DNA from: Gammaproteobacteria bacterium
GTDB lineage: Bacteria; Pseudomonadota; Gammaproteobacteria; Eutrophobiales; Eutrophobiaceae
Direction: 5' to 3'
Length of the DNA stretch: 64,000 bases
Assembly (NCBI GenBank): GCA_965222155.1
Contig: CBDCTH010000012.1
Location: 768,001 to 832,000, forward strand
Positions 39,977 through 49,628 of the stretch are shown in pieces (position 1 is the first letter of the stretch; every line of letters starts with the position of its first letter). The notes beneath the pieces were generated by a model, which ran no database searches, was not told where the DNA came from, and saw only the letters and a program-made list of their open reading frames with translations. The position numbers and the translations under genes were made by a program.

Positions 39977-42358
39977 ATGACTGCAGCATTAGTTATAGTT
40001 GAATCCCCTGCAAAAGCCAGAACCCTGAATCGCTACCTGGGTAGCGGGTATACCGTGATGGCCTCCAACGGCCACGTGCGCGACCTGTTGCCGAAATCCG
40101 GTGCGGTTGACCCGGAAAAGGATTTTGCGATGCATTATGAAATCATAGATAAAAACGCACGCTCCGTTGATGCAATTGCCCGGGCATTGAAGAAATCAGA
40201 CGTTTTATACCTTGCCACCGACCCTGACAGGGAGGGTGAGGCCATATCATGGCACCTGTATGAGTTGCTCAAAGACCGCGGTGTATTGAAACAGAAAGTG
40301 GTTAAACGCGTGGTCTTCCATGAAGTAACCAGGGATGCGGTATTGCGGGCAATCAACAGCCCCGGTGAGCTTTCCCTGGACCTGATCAACGCCCAACAGG
40401 CAAGGCGTGCTCTCGACTACCTGGTGGGGTTCAACTTGTCCCCACTGTTATGGAAGAAGATACGCACAGGCTTGTCTGCCGGACGGGTACAGAGTCCCGC
40501 GCTCAGGATGCTCGTCGAACGGGAGGAGGAAATAGAACAATTCAAGACCCGTGAATACTGGACTATAGAAGCCGACCTGAAGCGCTCGGGAATGGATTTT
40601 ACGGCCCGGCTGGTGCGTTATGATGATGAGAAAGTCGAGCAATTCAGCATCACCGATGAAGCGCGGGCGCAACAGGTCGCCGGCGTCCTGGAAAACAATG
40701 CCGCCAAGCAGCTCAGCCAGGCCACAAACAGGGAGGAGCAGGCCGCCGGGAGCGCTGAAGCCAAGGGGGCATTGATCGTCAGCAGCGTCGACCGAAAACA
40801 GCGCAAGCGCCAACCGGCCCCACCGTTTATCACCTCGACACTGCAACAGGAGGCCATAAGAAAGCTGGGCCTGACCGCACAGCAGACCATGCGTATTGCG
40901 CAACAGTTGTATGAAGGAATTGATACCGGCACCGGGGCTGTTGGCCTGATCACTTACATGAGGACTGACTCGGTCAACCTGGCTGCAGAAGCAGTCAATG
41001 AAATGCGCCGTTTCATAAATGATAAATATGGCGCTGACTACCTGCCTGATTCCCCGCGCCGATTTAAAACCAGATCGAAAAACGCCCAGGAGGCCCATGA
41101 GGCGGTCCGCCCGACGTCCGTATACCGCGTGCCGCAGGAGATCAGGTCGAAATTATCCAAGGATCAATTCAGGCTGTATGAATTAATCTGGAAACGGGCA
41201 CTGGCCAGCCAGATGGCCCATGCGGTCATCGACACGGTCGCGGTTGATTTGGCCTGCGGCGGCGCTGCGCTGTTGCGCGCCAACGGCTCTACCCTGGTTG
41301 AAAAAGGCTTTATGGTTCTTTACACGGAAGGAAAAGACGATCAGAAACAAGGGCAGGCCGGTGACGCCACTGACAGAAAACTACCCGCGATGCAGGCAGG
41401 TGACGTGGCAACATTATTGAAAATAAGACCTGAACAGCATTTCACCGAACCTCCGCCCCGATTTTCCGAGGCGACCCTGGTCAAGACTCTGGAAGAATAC
41501 GGTATTGGCCGGCCTTCGACCTATGCCGCCATTATTTCAACGTTGCGGAACCGTGAATATGTCGAGATGGTTAATAAACGCTTCGTCCCCACCGACGTGG
41601 GACGTATCGTAAATAAATTCCTGACTGAGCATTTTACCGGTTACATCGACTATGACTTTACCGCCAAGCTGGAAGATGAACTTGATGCCGTATCCAGGGG
41701 CGAGAAGGAATGGCTTCCCTTGATGAAAGAGTTTTGGGAACCGTTCTCAGCACGGGTAAAGGACAAGGAAGGAGGGGTAAGTCGCGATGAAGCGGTAAGC
41801 CCGCGGACTTTGGGTGATGACCCGGCGACCGGTCGGCTTGTTTCGGTACGGATGGGGCGTTACGGCCCATATATTCAAATCGGCTCCAGGGATGACGCAG
41901 AGGAACTGAAGTTTGCCAGTCTGCGTACTGATCAACGCATGGATACCATCAGCCTTGAACAGGCCCTGGAGTTATTTCGCCTGCCGAGAGAGTTGGGCGT
42001 GACTGAAGCAGGTGAGAAGATCAGCGTCAACATCAGCCGCTACGGTCCTTATGTGCGCTATGACAACAAGTTTGTCTCACTGAAAGAGGGGGATGATCCC
42101 TACACGATAGATTTGCAGCGGGCGCTGGAACTGGTGCGGGAGAAGAAAGCGTCTGATGCCGAAAAACACATCAAGGTGTTTGAAAAAGAGGGCATATCGA
42201 TCCTGAACGGGCGCTTTGGACCATATATTACTGATGGGAAGAAAAACGTGAAAATTCCCAAGGGCAGGGAAGCGGAGGATCTCACCCTGAAAGACTGTCA
42301 GGACTTGATCGCCGCAGCCCCCGCCGGGCGCCGACGACAGAAAGGAAAATCGAGATGA
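39977..42358 (+). CDS. topA: DNA topoisomerase I
   Basis: VIVESPAKA, ATDPDREGE, SAGRVQS, ITYMRTD; C-terminal GRYGPY repeats. Confidence 0.97.
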   Translation: MTAALVIVESPAKARTLNRYLGSGYTVMASNGHVRDLLPKSGAVDPEKDFAMHYEIIDKNARSVDAIARALKKSDVLYLATDPDREGEAISWHLYELLKDRGVLKQKVVKRVVFHEVTRDAVLRAINSPGELSLDLINAQQARRALDYLVGFNLSPLLWKKIRTGLSAGRVQSPALRMLVEREEEIEQFKTREYWTIEADLKRSGMDFTARLVRYDDEKVEQFSITDEARAQQVAGVLENNAAKQLSQATNREEQAAGSAEAKGALIVSSVDRKQRKRQPAPPFITSTLQQEAIRKLGLTAQQTMRIAQQLYEGIDTGTGAVGLITYMRTDSVNLAAEAVNEMRRFINDKYGADYLPDSPRRFKTRSKNAQEAHEAVRPTSVYRVPQEIRSKLSKDQFRLYELIWKRALASQMAHAVIDTVAVDLACGGAALLRANGSTLVEKGFMVLYTEGKDDQKQGQAGDATDRKLPAMQAGDVATLLKIRPEQHFTEPPPRFSEATLVKTLEEYGIGRPSTYAAIISTLRNREYVEMVNKRFVPTDVGRIVNKFLTEHFTGYIDYDFTAKLEDELDAVSRGEKEWLPLMKEFWEPFSARVKDKEGGVSRDEAVSPRTLGDDPATGRLVSVRMGRYGPYIQIGSRDDAEELKFASLRTDQRMDTISLEQALELFRLPRELGVTEAGEKISVNISRYGPYVRYDNKFVSLKEGDDPYTIDLQRALELVREKKASDAEKHIKVFEKEGISILNGRFGPYITDGKKNVKIPKGREAEDLTLKDCQDLIAAAPAGRRRQKGKSR

Positions 42359-42372
42359 CGCATATTTTATAT

Positions 42373-42456
42373 GCCACAGAGGACACAGAGAAAATACGAT
42401 CCGTCATCACTGCGCAGGCAGGAATCAAACTCTGTGTCCTCTGTGCTCTCTGTGGC
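42373..42456. repeat. Family E CACAGAG pair with a nested family C hairpin
   Basis: GCCACAGAGGACACAGAG ... CTCTGTGTCCTCTGTGCTCTCTGTGGC. Half-sites also near 21160 and 43589. Confidence 0.8.
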
Positions 42457-42488
42457 TATAATCTTTTATTTGAATACGAGTATTGCCG

Positions 42489-43016
42489 ATGAGCGAAAAA
42501 AGACCATTTGTTGCTATTTTGATGGGGTCGGATTCCGACTTGCCCGTCATGCGTGCGACGCTGGAGGTACTGGATAAGTTCTCCATACCGAAAGAAGTGA
42601 AAATCACCTCCGCACACCGCACTCCCGAGGTAACCCGCGCCTACATAAAAGATGCGGAGGCCCGGGGTTGCGCCGTATATATTGCCGCAGCCGGCCTCGC
42701 CGCGCACCTGGCCGGCGCCGTGGCCGCAACGACAACGAAACCGGTTATCGGCGTGCCCCTGGATGCCGGCCCTCTCAGCGGCATGGATGCGTTGCTGGCG
42801 ACCGTACAGATGCCGGGAGGCATTCCGGTCGGTTGTGTCGCTATCGGCAAGGCGGGCGCAAAAAACGCGGCCTACCTGGCCGCGCAAATCCTGGCCTTGC
42901 AGGATACCGACCTCGCCGGCGTTATCGCGGACGAACGCCGGCAGATGACCCGGGATGTCCAGAAAAAGGATGCCGCATTACAGGAGCAACTGGCCGGTGG
43001 TTCTTCACCGGACTGA
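42489..43016 (+). CDS. purE: N5-CAIR mutase
   Basis: [27 protein letters not shown]. Confidence 0.96.
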   Translation: MSEKRPFVAILMGSDSDLPVMRATLEVLDKFSIPKEVKITSAHRTPEVTRAYIKDAEARGCAVYIAAAGLAAHLAGAVAATTTKPVIGVPLDAGPLSGMDALLATVQMPGGIPVGCVAIGKAGAKNAAYLAAQILALQDTDLAGVIADERRQMTRDVQKKDAALQEQLAGGSSPD

Positions 43017-43019
43017 CCG

Positions 43020-43574
43020 GTGTTGAAACGCTGGCACGTCAACTACACGCGGCGAGTCCTGGAAAACGGCGGGGTCATCGCCTATCCCACGGAGGCGGTG
43101 ATGGGTCTGGGTTGTTCTCCCCTGAATCAAGCAGCGGTGGCGAAAGTGTTGCGATTGAAGCGGCGCTCAGCCGATAAAGGCCTGATCATCATAGCCTCAA
43201 ATATTGAACAATTGTCCGTCATGGTGGATTTTTCCAGGGTTGCAGAACGGGAGGAAATAATCAGGTCATGGCCCGGCCCCGCCACCTGGCTGATACCGGC
43301 GCAGCCGGCTACGCCGCGCTGGCTTACCGGCCGGCATAAAACCCTGGCCGTGCGGGTATCGGCGCATCCCGTTGTTCAGCGGCTGTGTGATGAAGTCGGT
43401 TTACTAGTCTCAACCAGCGCCAACCCGTCCGGCTGCAGACCGGCCAGGACTCAGCAGCGCGTTCGAGCCTATTTCGGTACGGACGTGGACTGTTATGTTC
43501 CCGGTAGCGTCGGTCGCGATCCACAGCCCAGCAAAATCCGTAATGGCCTTACGGGACGGCTGGTCCGAGGCTAG
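43020..43574 (+). CDS. tsaC: Threonylcarbamoyl-AMP synthase (YrdC/Sua5)
   Basis: GGVIAYPTE, K.R...KGLI, STSAN. Confidence 0.92.
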   Translation: MLKRWHVNYTRRVLENGGVIAYPTEAVMGLGCSPLNQAAVAKVLRLKRRSADKGLIIIASNIEQLSVMVDFSRVAEREEIIRSWPGPATWLIPAQPATPRWLTGRHKTLAVRVSAHPVVQRLCDEVGLLVSTSANPSGCRPARTQQRVRAYFGTDVDCYVPGSVGRDPQPSKIRNGLTGRLVRG

Positions 43575-43731
43575 TTTTCAGCCAGATATCTGTGCCCTCT
43601 GTGGCTAAAAGGAGCGTCTATCGACTTTGAAATGGCGCTGTTGTGTAAATACATCATTAACATCGCTGCAACAATCGTGTAGTATTCCTACGCTGTTACG
43701 CAAACGCTTTAATCCTACCCGGAGAAAATTA

Positions 43732-45972
43732 ATGATCGATCTGAAATTCAGCAGAAGCTTTTCAAGATTAAGCCTTTTCACAGTGTTGTTTGTGTTTGGA
43801 TTACCTTCGTATGCACAGACAGTGCTTGAGGAGATCGTGGTGACTGCACAAAAACGCGAACAGAACATCCAGGACGTACCGATCTCAATCTCCAGGCTAT
43901 CCGGACAGAGACTTGCCTCCAAGTTCCTGGGAGGAGAAGACATCCTGGCCCTTGCCAGCACAGTGCCGGGATTGCATGTGGAGAGTTCCAACGGCCGCCT
44001 ATCGCCGCGCTTCTACATGCGGGGTCTGGGCAATGCCGATTTTACCGCAGCCGCATCGCAACCGGTGTCCATCGTTTTTGACGAGGTGCCGATGGAAAAA
44101 GCGTCTCTCAAATCATTTCCCTTGTTCGACCTCGACAATATAGAGGTTATTCGCGGCCCCCAGGGCACCTTGTTCGGACGCAACACCACGGCGGGAATTA
44201 TCAAGTTTGAATCGCGCCGCCCCACCGAGGAAACGGAAGGTTACATCAAGGCTGCCGGGGGCAACAAGGGGACTATAAACGTGGAGGGAGCCGTCGGCGG
44301 CACCCTGGTTGAGAACACCTTGATGGGCCGAATCTCATTCATCACGCAGAACCGCTCCGACTGGATCAATAACGCCTTCACCGGCGAGGACGACGCCATA
44401 GGCGGATTTGACGTTTTTGCCGGGCGCGCCCAGTTGTTATGGACTCCCACTGACGATTTCAGCGCCTTGCTCCTGTACCAGCACCAGGACCAGGGCGGCA
44501 ACTCCGCATCTGCTTTCCGCGCCAATGTTTTTGACAAGGGCAGTAATAAACTGAATGATAACTATGATCGTAATACGGTGTGGTTCGATGGTGGCGACAA
44601 TAACCCTGCGGAGATAAAGAGTTTTGGCGCGACCGTGAAACTGGACTGGGACGTCGGCAACCATACGCTTACCTCGATCACGTCGTACCAGGATATTTAT
44701 GACCGCTCCGCGCGCGGTGACATTGACGGCGGGTACGGTTGTTTGTTTACCTGTGGCGGGATACCGGCCGGACCGCCCAGTACCCCGTTCAGCCCGTTCA
44801 ATTCGCCTTTTGTTGTCAATGTCGATACCGGCGGCGATCAGACTGTAGAGCAGATTACCCAGGAAATACGCATAGCCAGTAACCTGGACGGCGCGTTTAA
44901 TTACCAACTGGGCGTTTTCTACTTTGAAGATGATCTCAGGAGCGTCTCTAAAAATGCAAGTGCCGGCGCTCCGGAATTTGTTGTGGGGTCTATTTCCGAT
45001 ATCGAGAACACCACCTGGGCTGTCTTCGGACAAGGCTCCTTCAACGTAACCGAGCAGTTCACGCTGACCGCAGGGGTGCGTTACACGGACGACGAGAAAG
45101 ATGCTGAACATCAAGATTTTAGACCCAACCCCCTTTTGCTTGATCCGATCAGTCTGGGGGATGATAATGTCAGTTGGGACATATCGCTGGCTCGCGCGGT
45201 CGGCAATGATGCCCAGGTCTACGCCCGGGTGGCCTCCAGTTTCCGCGCGCCCACCATACAGGACCGTCTTGAGGCAGATACCAAAGTAACTGTCGCGGGC
45301 TCGGAGACCATCATGTCTTATGAAATCGGCTACAAGGCGCTGTTTGAGAAGGTCAGGCTGAACGTGGCAGCCTTCTATTACGAGGTCGATGACATGCAAC
45401 TAGTCGCGGTAGGCGGCGCCAGCAATTCTACGAGTCTGCTGAACGCCGATGAGGGTGTCGGCTACGGTGTTGAGTTTGACGTTGATATTGCTATGACTGA
45501 AAACCTCATCCTGTCCGGTGGTTTCGGTTATAACAAGACGGAACTCAATGATGACAAACTGACATTGCCGATTGGCCCCATGGCTACCAGTCTGGACCCT
45601 TTGGATGAAAACGGTAGAGCAATAATTGACGGCAACCCGTTCCAGCATGCGCCGAAGTGGACTGCGAACCTGGAGCTGGACTATACCCATCCCCTTTCCG
45701 GCAATAGTGAGATATACCTGTACACTGACTGGAAAATCAAGGGCAAGACCAGTGACTTTCTTTACGAAAGCATTGAATTTACCTTTGGTACACAGTTTGA
45801 AGGCGGGTTGAGGGCCGGTTATCGCGATACGGCAAGGAATTTTGAGATCGGCATGTTTGCACGCAATATCACCGACGAGGATAATCCCATCGGCGGCATC
45901 GACTTCGCCAACAACCTCGGTTATGTCAACCAGCCGAGAATATGGGGGGCGGAAGCCTCATACCGGTTCTAA
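43732..45972 (+). CDS. TonB-dependent receptor
   Basis: Signal peptide, TonB box LEEIVVTAQKRE, IEVIRGPQGTLFGRN, C-terminal PRIWGAEASYRF; GGAG RBS at 43721. Confidence 0.95.
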   Translation: MIDLKFSRSFSRLSLFTVLFVFGLPSYAQTVLEEIVVTAQKREQNIQDVPISISRLSGQRLASKFLGGEDILALASTVPGLHVESSNGRLSPRFYMRGLGNADFTAAASQPVSIVFDEVPMEKASLKSFPLFDLDNIEVIRGPQGTLFGRNTTAGIIKFESRRPTEETEGYIKAAGGNKGTINVEGAVGGTLVENTLMGRISFITQNRSDWINNAFTGEDDAIGGFDVFAGRAQLLWTPTDDFSALLLYQHQDQGGNSASAFRANVFDKGSNKLNDNYDRNTVWFDGGDNNPAEIKSFGATVKLDWDVGNHTLTSITSYQDIYDRSARGDIDGGYGCLFTCGGIPAGPPSTPFSPFNSPFVVNVDTGGDQTVEQITQEIRIASNLDGAFNYQLGVFYFEDDLRSVSKNASAGAPEFVVGSISDIENTTWAVFGQGSFNVTEQFTLTAGVRYTDDEKDAEHQDFRPNPLLLDPISLGDDNVSWDISLARAVGNDAQVYARVASSFRAPTIQDRLEADTKVTVAGSETIMSYEIGYKALFEKVRLNVAAFYYEVDDMQLVAVGGASNSTSLLNADEGVGYGVEFDVDIAMTENLILSGGFGYNKTELNDDKLTLPIGPMATSLDPLDENGRAIIDGNPFQHAPKWTANLELDYTHPLSGNSEIYLYTDWKIKGKTSDFLYESIEFTFGTQFEGGLRAGYRDTARNFEIGMFARNITDEDNPIGGIDFANNLGYVNQPRIWGAEASYRF

Positions 45973-46005
45973 AAGACAGAGGATAGAGGACGGAGTACCG
46001 GCTGC

Positions 46006-46137
46006 CTACCGTCATTCCAGCCGCCTCCGTCGTCATTCCGGCCGCCTCCGTCGTCATTCCGGCGGATGCCGGAATCCAGTCGGATAACGTGCCGCCGTCT
46101 TGTTTAACTGGATACCGGCTTTCGCCAGTATGACGGC
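46006..46137. repeat. Family C REP doublet with a 21-bp tandem stutter
   Basis: CGTCATTCC(A/G)GCCGCCTCCGT x2, then GTCATTCCGGCGGATGCCGGAATCCAG ... CTGGATACCGGCTTTCGCCAGTATGAC. Confidence 0.8.
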
Positions 46138-46167
46138 GGTTAAAAATGCGGACCGAAGTGCATTCTC

Positions 46168-47328
46168 ATGAGTATAACCAGACGCTCGTTTGTCAAAACA
46201 TCACTGGCGTTTCTGGCTGGCGGCGCGTTTTCCCCGTATATAGCCGGTTCTGCTGGTAATTATTTAGCGAATGCTGCGCCAGGACGCAGGATACCGGTGA
46301 TACTTGATTCCGACATCGGTGACGATATAGACGATACCTGGGCATTGCTGATGCTGCTGCGTTCGCCGCAGTTTGACGTGAAGCTCGTCGTAAGCGATTT
46401 TGGCAACGCCATCTACCGTTGCCGCTTGTTCGCCAAGCTGCTGGAACTGACCGGTCATACCCACATACCGATTGGAGTGGGACTTGACGCAGATGATGAG
46501 GTCGGCAGGCAAAGTGAATGGATAGGAGATTATCGGCTGCAGGACTATCCGGGCGCCGTGCATCATGACGGTGTTCAAGCGTTGATCGATGTCATAAGAC
46601 AATCACTGGAGCCGGTTACACTGCTTTGCATCGGTCCCGTCCCGAATATCGCCGAGGCCCTCAGGCGGGAACCGGCCATTGCGGAGAATGCGCGTTTTGT
46701 GGGCATGCACGGTTCCATCTATAAGGGTTATGACAGCGCGGCGACACCGGCGGCGGAATGGAACGTTAAGGCCAACCCGAAAGCGCTGCAACAGGTATTT
46801 GCTGCCCCCTGGGATTGTACTGTCACACCGCTGGATACCTGTGGTTCGGTACGGCTGACAGGTGGGAATTATCAAAGAATTTATCGTAGCGAAGATCCCT
46901 GGCTCGAGGCCTTGATTGAGAACTACCGGGTCTGGTTCCCCCTGGCGCCATTCATAAAACCGGGAACTGACCCGAGCCGAATGAGCACGATCCTGTTCGA
47001 TACCGTTGCCGTTTATGCGGCCTACACACAAGACCTGCTGGTTATGGAAGACTTACCCCTGCGTGTCACGGATGATGGCTACACCGTGATCGATAGTCAA
47101 AATGGCCGTCTCGTCCACTGCGCGACAAAGTGGAAAAACCCCCAGGCATTCAAGGACAAGCTAGTCGATACCCTGACAAGTGGTGTCTCCAGTTTGTCTG
47201 CGCAGACATCAGGGCAACCGCATACGTTTGGATTCTGTTGCAGAAGACAGGAAACCAACCGGACAACACCGCCCGTCATGCTGGCGAATGCCAGCATCCA
47301 GTCAAACAATAGCGCAGGCTCAGGGTAA
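46168..47328 (+). CDS. Tat-exported nucleoside hydrolase (IU-NH family)
   Basis: TRRSFVK Tat motif, ILDSDIGDDIDD, IGP..NIA, AEWN, PLD, LFD. The C-terminus reads into a MITE. Confidence 0.88.
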   Translation: MSITRRSFVKTSLAFLAGGAFSPYIAGSAGNYLANAAPGRRIPVILDSDIGDDIDDTWALLMLLRSPQFDVKLVVSDFGNAIYRCRLFAKLLELTGHTHIPIGVGLDADDEVGRQSEWIGDYRLQDYPGAVHHDGVQALIDVIRQSLEPVTLLCIGPVPNIAEALRREPAIAENARFVGMHGSIYKGYDSAATPAAEWNVKANPKALQQVFAAPWDCTVTPLDTCGSVRLTGGNYQRIYRSEDPWLEALIENYRVWFPLAPFIKPGTDPSRMSTILFDTVAVYAAYTQDLLVMEDLPLRVTDDGYTVIDSQNGRLVHCATKWKNPQAFKDKLVDTLTSGVSSLSAQTSGQPHTFGFCCRRQETNRTTPPVMLANASIQSNNSAGSG

Positions 47329-47415
47329 TGAAGGGTTATTCACTGGATTCTGGCCTGCGCCAGAATGACGGAATCGGGCAAAAACATCTGAATTCAAAAG
47401 TATGCGGTTGCCCTG
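47210..47415. mobile_element. 206-bp MITE with 28-bp TIRs and a 10-bp target-site duplication
   Basis: CAGGGCAACCGCATAC ... GTATGCGGTTGCCCTG, flanked on both sides by GCGCAGACAT (47200..47209 and 47416..47425). Confidence 0.85.
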
Positions 47416-47744
47416 GCGCAGACATTAGCTGCAATGTACGCGTCAACCCAGGTAAGTACTGGGCCTGCTGCGCTGTTGGAGAGGTTGGAGACTGAACCGA
47501 CCGACTGGACAAGCGCAACCCGATTTAACTGACGCTGACGCTTGACCTGCTGATACCGGATGGGTACTATGTTACCACCGTGTGAACTGTCTGATGAGCC
47601 TCACATGTATTGAATTAGGGCAACGCCTACTTTTTATTGATATTATGATGTATGACAGATTGAAACTTAACCGGCTTATCTGCTTATCGCCTGAATGTGT
47701 ACACTGCTTGACCAAAAGGTAGAACAGTTACTCCACACGGATGT

Positions 47745-47978
47745 ATGTCAAAGAAGTCCAAATCTTCCTCGTCATTCCTTGACAGACAAGAGTATCTGGG
47801 GTTTCGCTACGGAGAACAGAGGTGGCGGTCCCACGACCGGAAAAGGCTATATACCTGGGATTCGCTACATGGCGAAATTGAAGTTTTCAATAGTCGCGGG
47901 CATCATCTTGGCGTCCTCGAACCGCTTGGGGGGCGTTTAATAAAAAGCGCCGTCAAAGGGAGAAAAATCCGTGTCTGA
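47745..47978 (+). CDS. Stand-alone colicin E3/pyocin S6-like ribonuclease toxin domain
   Basis: RWRS.DRKRLYTWDSLHGEIEVFN.RG.HLG matches colicin E3 RW...G..IYEWDSQHGELEGY...G.HLG, including the D-x-x-H-x-x-x-E residues. Confidence 0.85.
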   Translation: MSKKSKSSSSFLDRQEYLGFRYGEQRWRSHDRKRLYTWDSLHGEIEVFNSRGHHLGVLEPLGGRLIKSAVKGRKIRV

Positions 47979-49044
47979 TTTCATTCAAAAGTGCCTTTCC
48001 GGAGCGGCTCGATTTACCGATATAGATGCCTATGTAGAGCGGTGGCACGAATGCGATAGTGATAAAACCATTCACGATTTCCTTGGCTTGACTTTGCATG
48101 AGTATTCCCTCTGGGTGGAACAGCCCGAGGTTTTGCCTAAAATTGTCACTGCACGTCGCAATGGCACTGATATCAATGAGTTACTGCAATCCTGCAGCAA
48201 GACTCTTAGCCGGCGTGGAAAACTGTCGGATGCTGAAGGTAGCGTACTTGGAATCGACGTGGGTTGGTCTACGCAGAACAGGACAAGTGCGGTTTGTCGT
48301 CTGTCATGGAATGAACGGAACATTAAATGGGATATCCGCCGCTTTCGGGCTAAATCGCCCGACCGTCAGGCAGCTATAGAATACGTGGCTGATAACAGAG
48401 AATTACTCGCCGTAGCTATCGATGGCCCGCTTCGCCACGGTTTTGATGAAATTGAAGAATATCGGAGCGCGGAACGCATTCTTAGCAGGAGGATACTTCA
48501 ACGATGTATAGGCAAGCCCGGTCAATCAAGTTCCGGGAACGGCAAGCGCCTCAACGAGCAGGCAAACATATCAGCAAACCTCGTCAAGCAACATTGTAAT
48601 GTCAGCGAGTCAAGACATGCTACTCCGATTGACCAGAAAGCCATTGTCGAAGCCTTCCCGACGACGTTTCTTGGCGTCATGATCGAGTGTCCGCAACGAT
48701 TGGACAAGCCAAGAAAAAAATCAGACCGATATTTTATTTACTTGGCTGAACGCAGCGGCTTTGAGTGGGTACGGCGATTGCTTGGTGGTCAGCAGAGATG
48801 GGAAAGAAGTCCTTGTGAAATAAAGAATCATGATGACAGAGCGGCTCTGGTTTGTGCGTTGACAGCGCTGTGTGTCGCAGCCGGGCAATTTACCGCGGTC
48901 GGCGATGATGATTACGGATGGATTATTTTGCCCCCCTATCAGGAATTTGCTCCTTGGGCCCAAGAGGCAATTTCAGAATCTGCAACAGCTGACCCGGTTG
49001 GAAAACTAGCATACTACCCGCTTGATTTGACAATGCCACGCTGA
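47971..49044 (+). CDS. Unknown ~75-aa N-terminal domain fused to a DUF429-like (RNase H fold) domain
   Basis: VLGIDVGWS, VAIDGPL, R.AE..L, IVEAFPT and D..AA.VCALTA are DUF429 motifs. The N-terminal segment FIQKCLSG...IDAYVERWHE...IHDFLGLT..EYSLW looks like a separate small domain. Confidence 0.7.
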   Translation: MSDFIQKCLSGAARFTDIDAYVERWHECDSDKTIHDFLGLTLHEYSLWVEQPEVLPKIVTARRNGTDINELLQSCSKTLSRRGKLSDAEGSVLGIDVGWSTQNRTSAVCRLSWNERNIKWDIRRFRAKSPDRQAAIEYVADNRELLAVAIDGPLRHGFDEIEEYRSAERILSRRILQRCIGKPGQSSSGNGKRLNEQANISANLVKQHCNVSESRHATPIDQKAIVEAFPTTFLGVMIECPQRLDKPRKKSDRYFIYLAERSGFEWVRRLLGGQQRWERSPCEIKNHDDRAALVCALTALCVAAGQFTAVGDDDYGWIILPPYQEFAPWAQEAISESATADPVGKLAYYPLDLTMPR

Positions 49045-49045
49045 A

Positions 49046-49101
49046 GGTAGACAGACTTCAGTCTGTCCCCTTACCAAGTCAGAAAAAATAAATCTGTCTC
49101 C
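49046..49101. repeat. Family B-like hairpin and half-site
   Basis: GACAGACTTCAGTCTGTCCCC, then AAATAAATCTGTCTC. Confidence 0.6.
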
Positions 49102-49108
49102 TATGCCT

Positions 49109-49594
49109 CTACCACCCCTGACTATGCAACCAGTCAAATGGCTCTGCCGCAATTACCGGGTCGGGCAGCCAGGTCTCATGTACGTGAAACCACTTTATGC
49201 CGTTGGGCGCCCGCTTATCGGCAAGGAAAACGGCTGAGGATAAGCGGCCGTTGTTCTCAGGGTTTGATTGCTTTGCGTTTCTCTGCCACTCTTGGTAGGT
49301 AACGGCATACACGGAATCAGCGACCTGCGGTTTTTCCCTGATGTCCCGGATGCTGATTTGAAAGTCCGGGTTGCTGCCGTACAACTTCGTGAATTCCGGC
49401 CAGAAATCTGAGCCGTTGAGCATGATGCCGGCGGGCAGGATAATGCTGAAATCCGCGTGCATCCGGTCCAGCAGACGCTCAGCGAATACCGCTTCGCTGT
49501 TTTCGCAGTAACCACCGAACCAGTCTTCAAAAAAACGGTGCAGGTCGATGATTTCAATGGCAAGTCGATCGGTATATTCTTTGTCTGTGTGCAT
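49109..49594 (-). CDS. NTF2/DUF4440-like protein
   Basis: EI.DLH.FF..WF.G, Y.EWQ, R.SSAVF, W.HVHETW. Confidence 0.7.
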   Translation of the reverse strand: MHTDKEYTDRLAIEIIDLHRFFEDWFGGYCENSEAVFAERLLDRMHADFSIILPAGIMLNGSDFWPEFTKLYGSNPDFQISIRDIREKPQVADSVYAVTYQEWQRNAKQSNPENNGRLSSAVFLADKRAPNGIKWFHVHETWLPDPVIAAEPFDWLHSQGW

Positions 49595-49628
49595 GTTTGT
49601 AACCTCCTGCCTTGTTATTTGATATTTG

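Noticed and set aside
44437-45399. 320-aa antisense ORF in the TonB receptor, and similar long antisense ORFs elsewhere
   Set aside because: Typical shadow frames of GC-rich coding sequence; no motifs.
9592-47372. Link between GANTC sites in family C repeats (GGAATCC/GGATTCC) and the CcrM-like methylases
   Set aside because: The methylase specificity is unproven and I cannot compute GANTC enrichment; the overlap may be coincidental.
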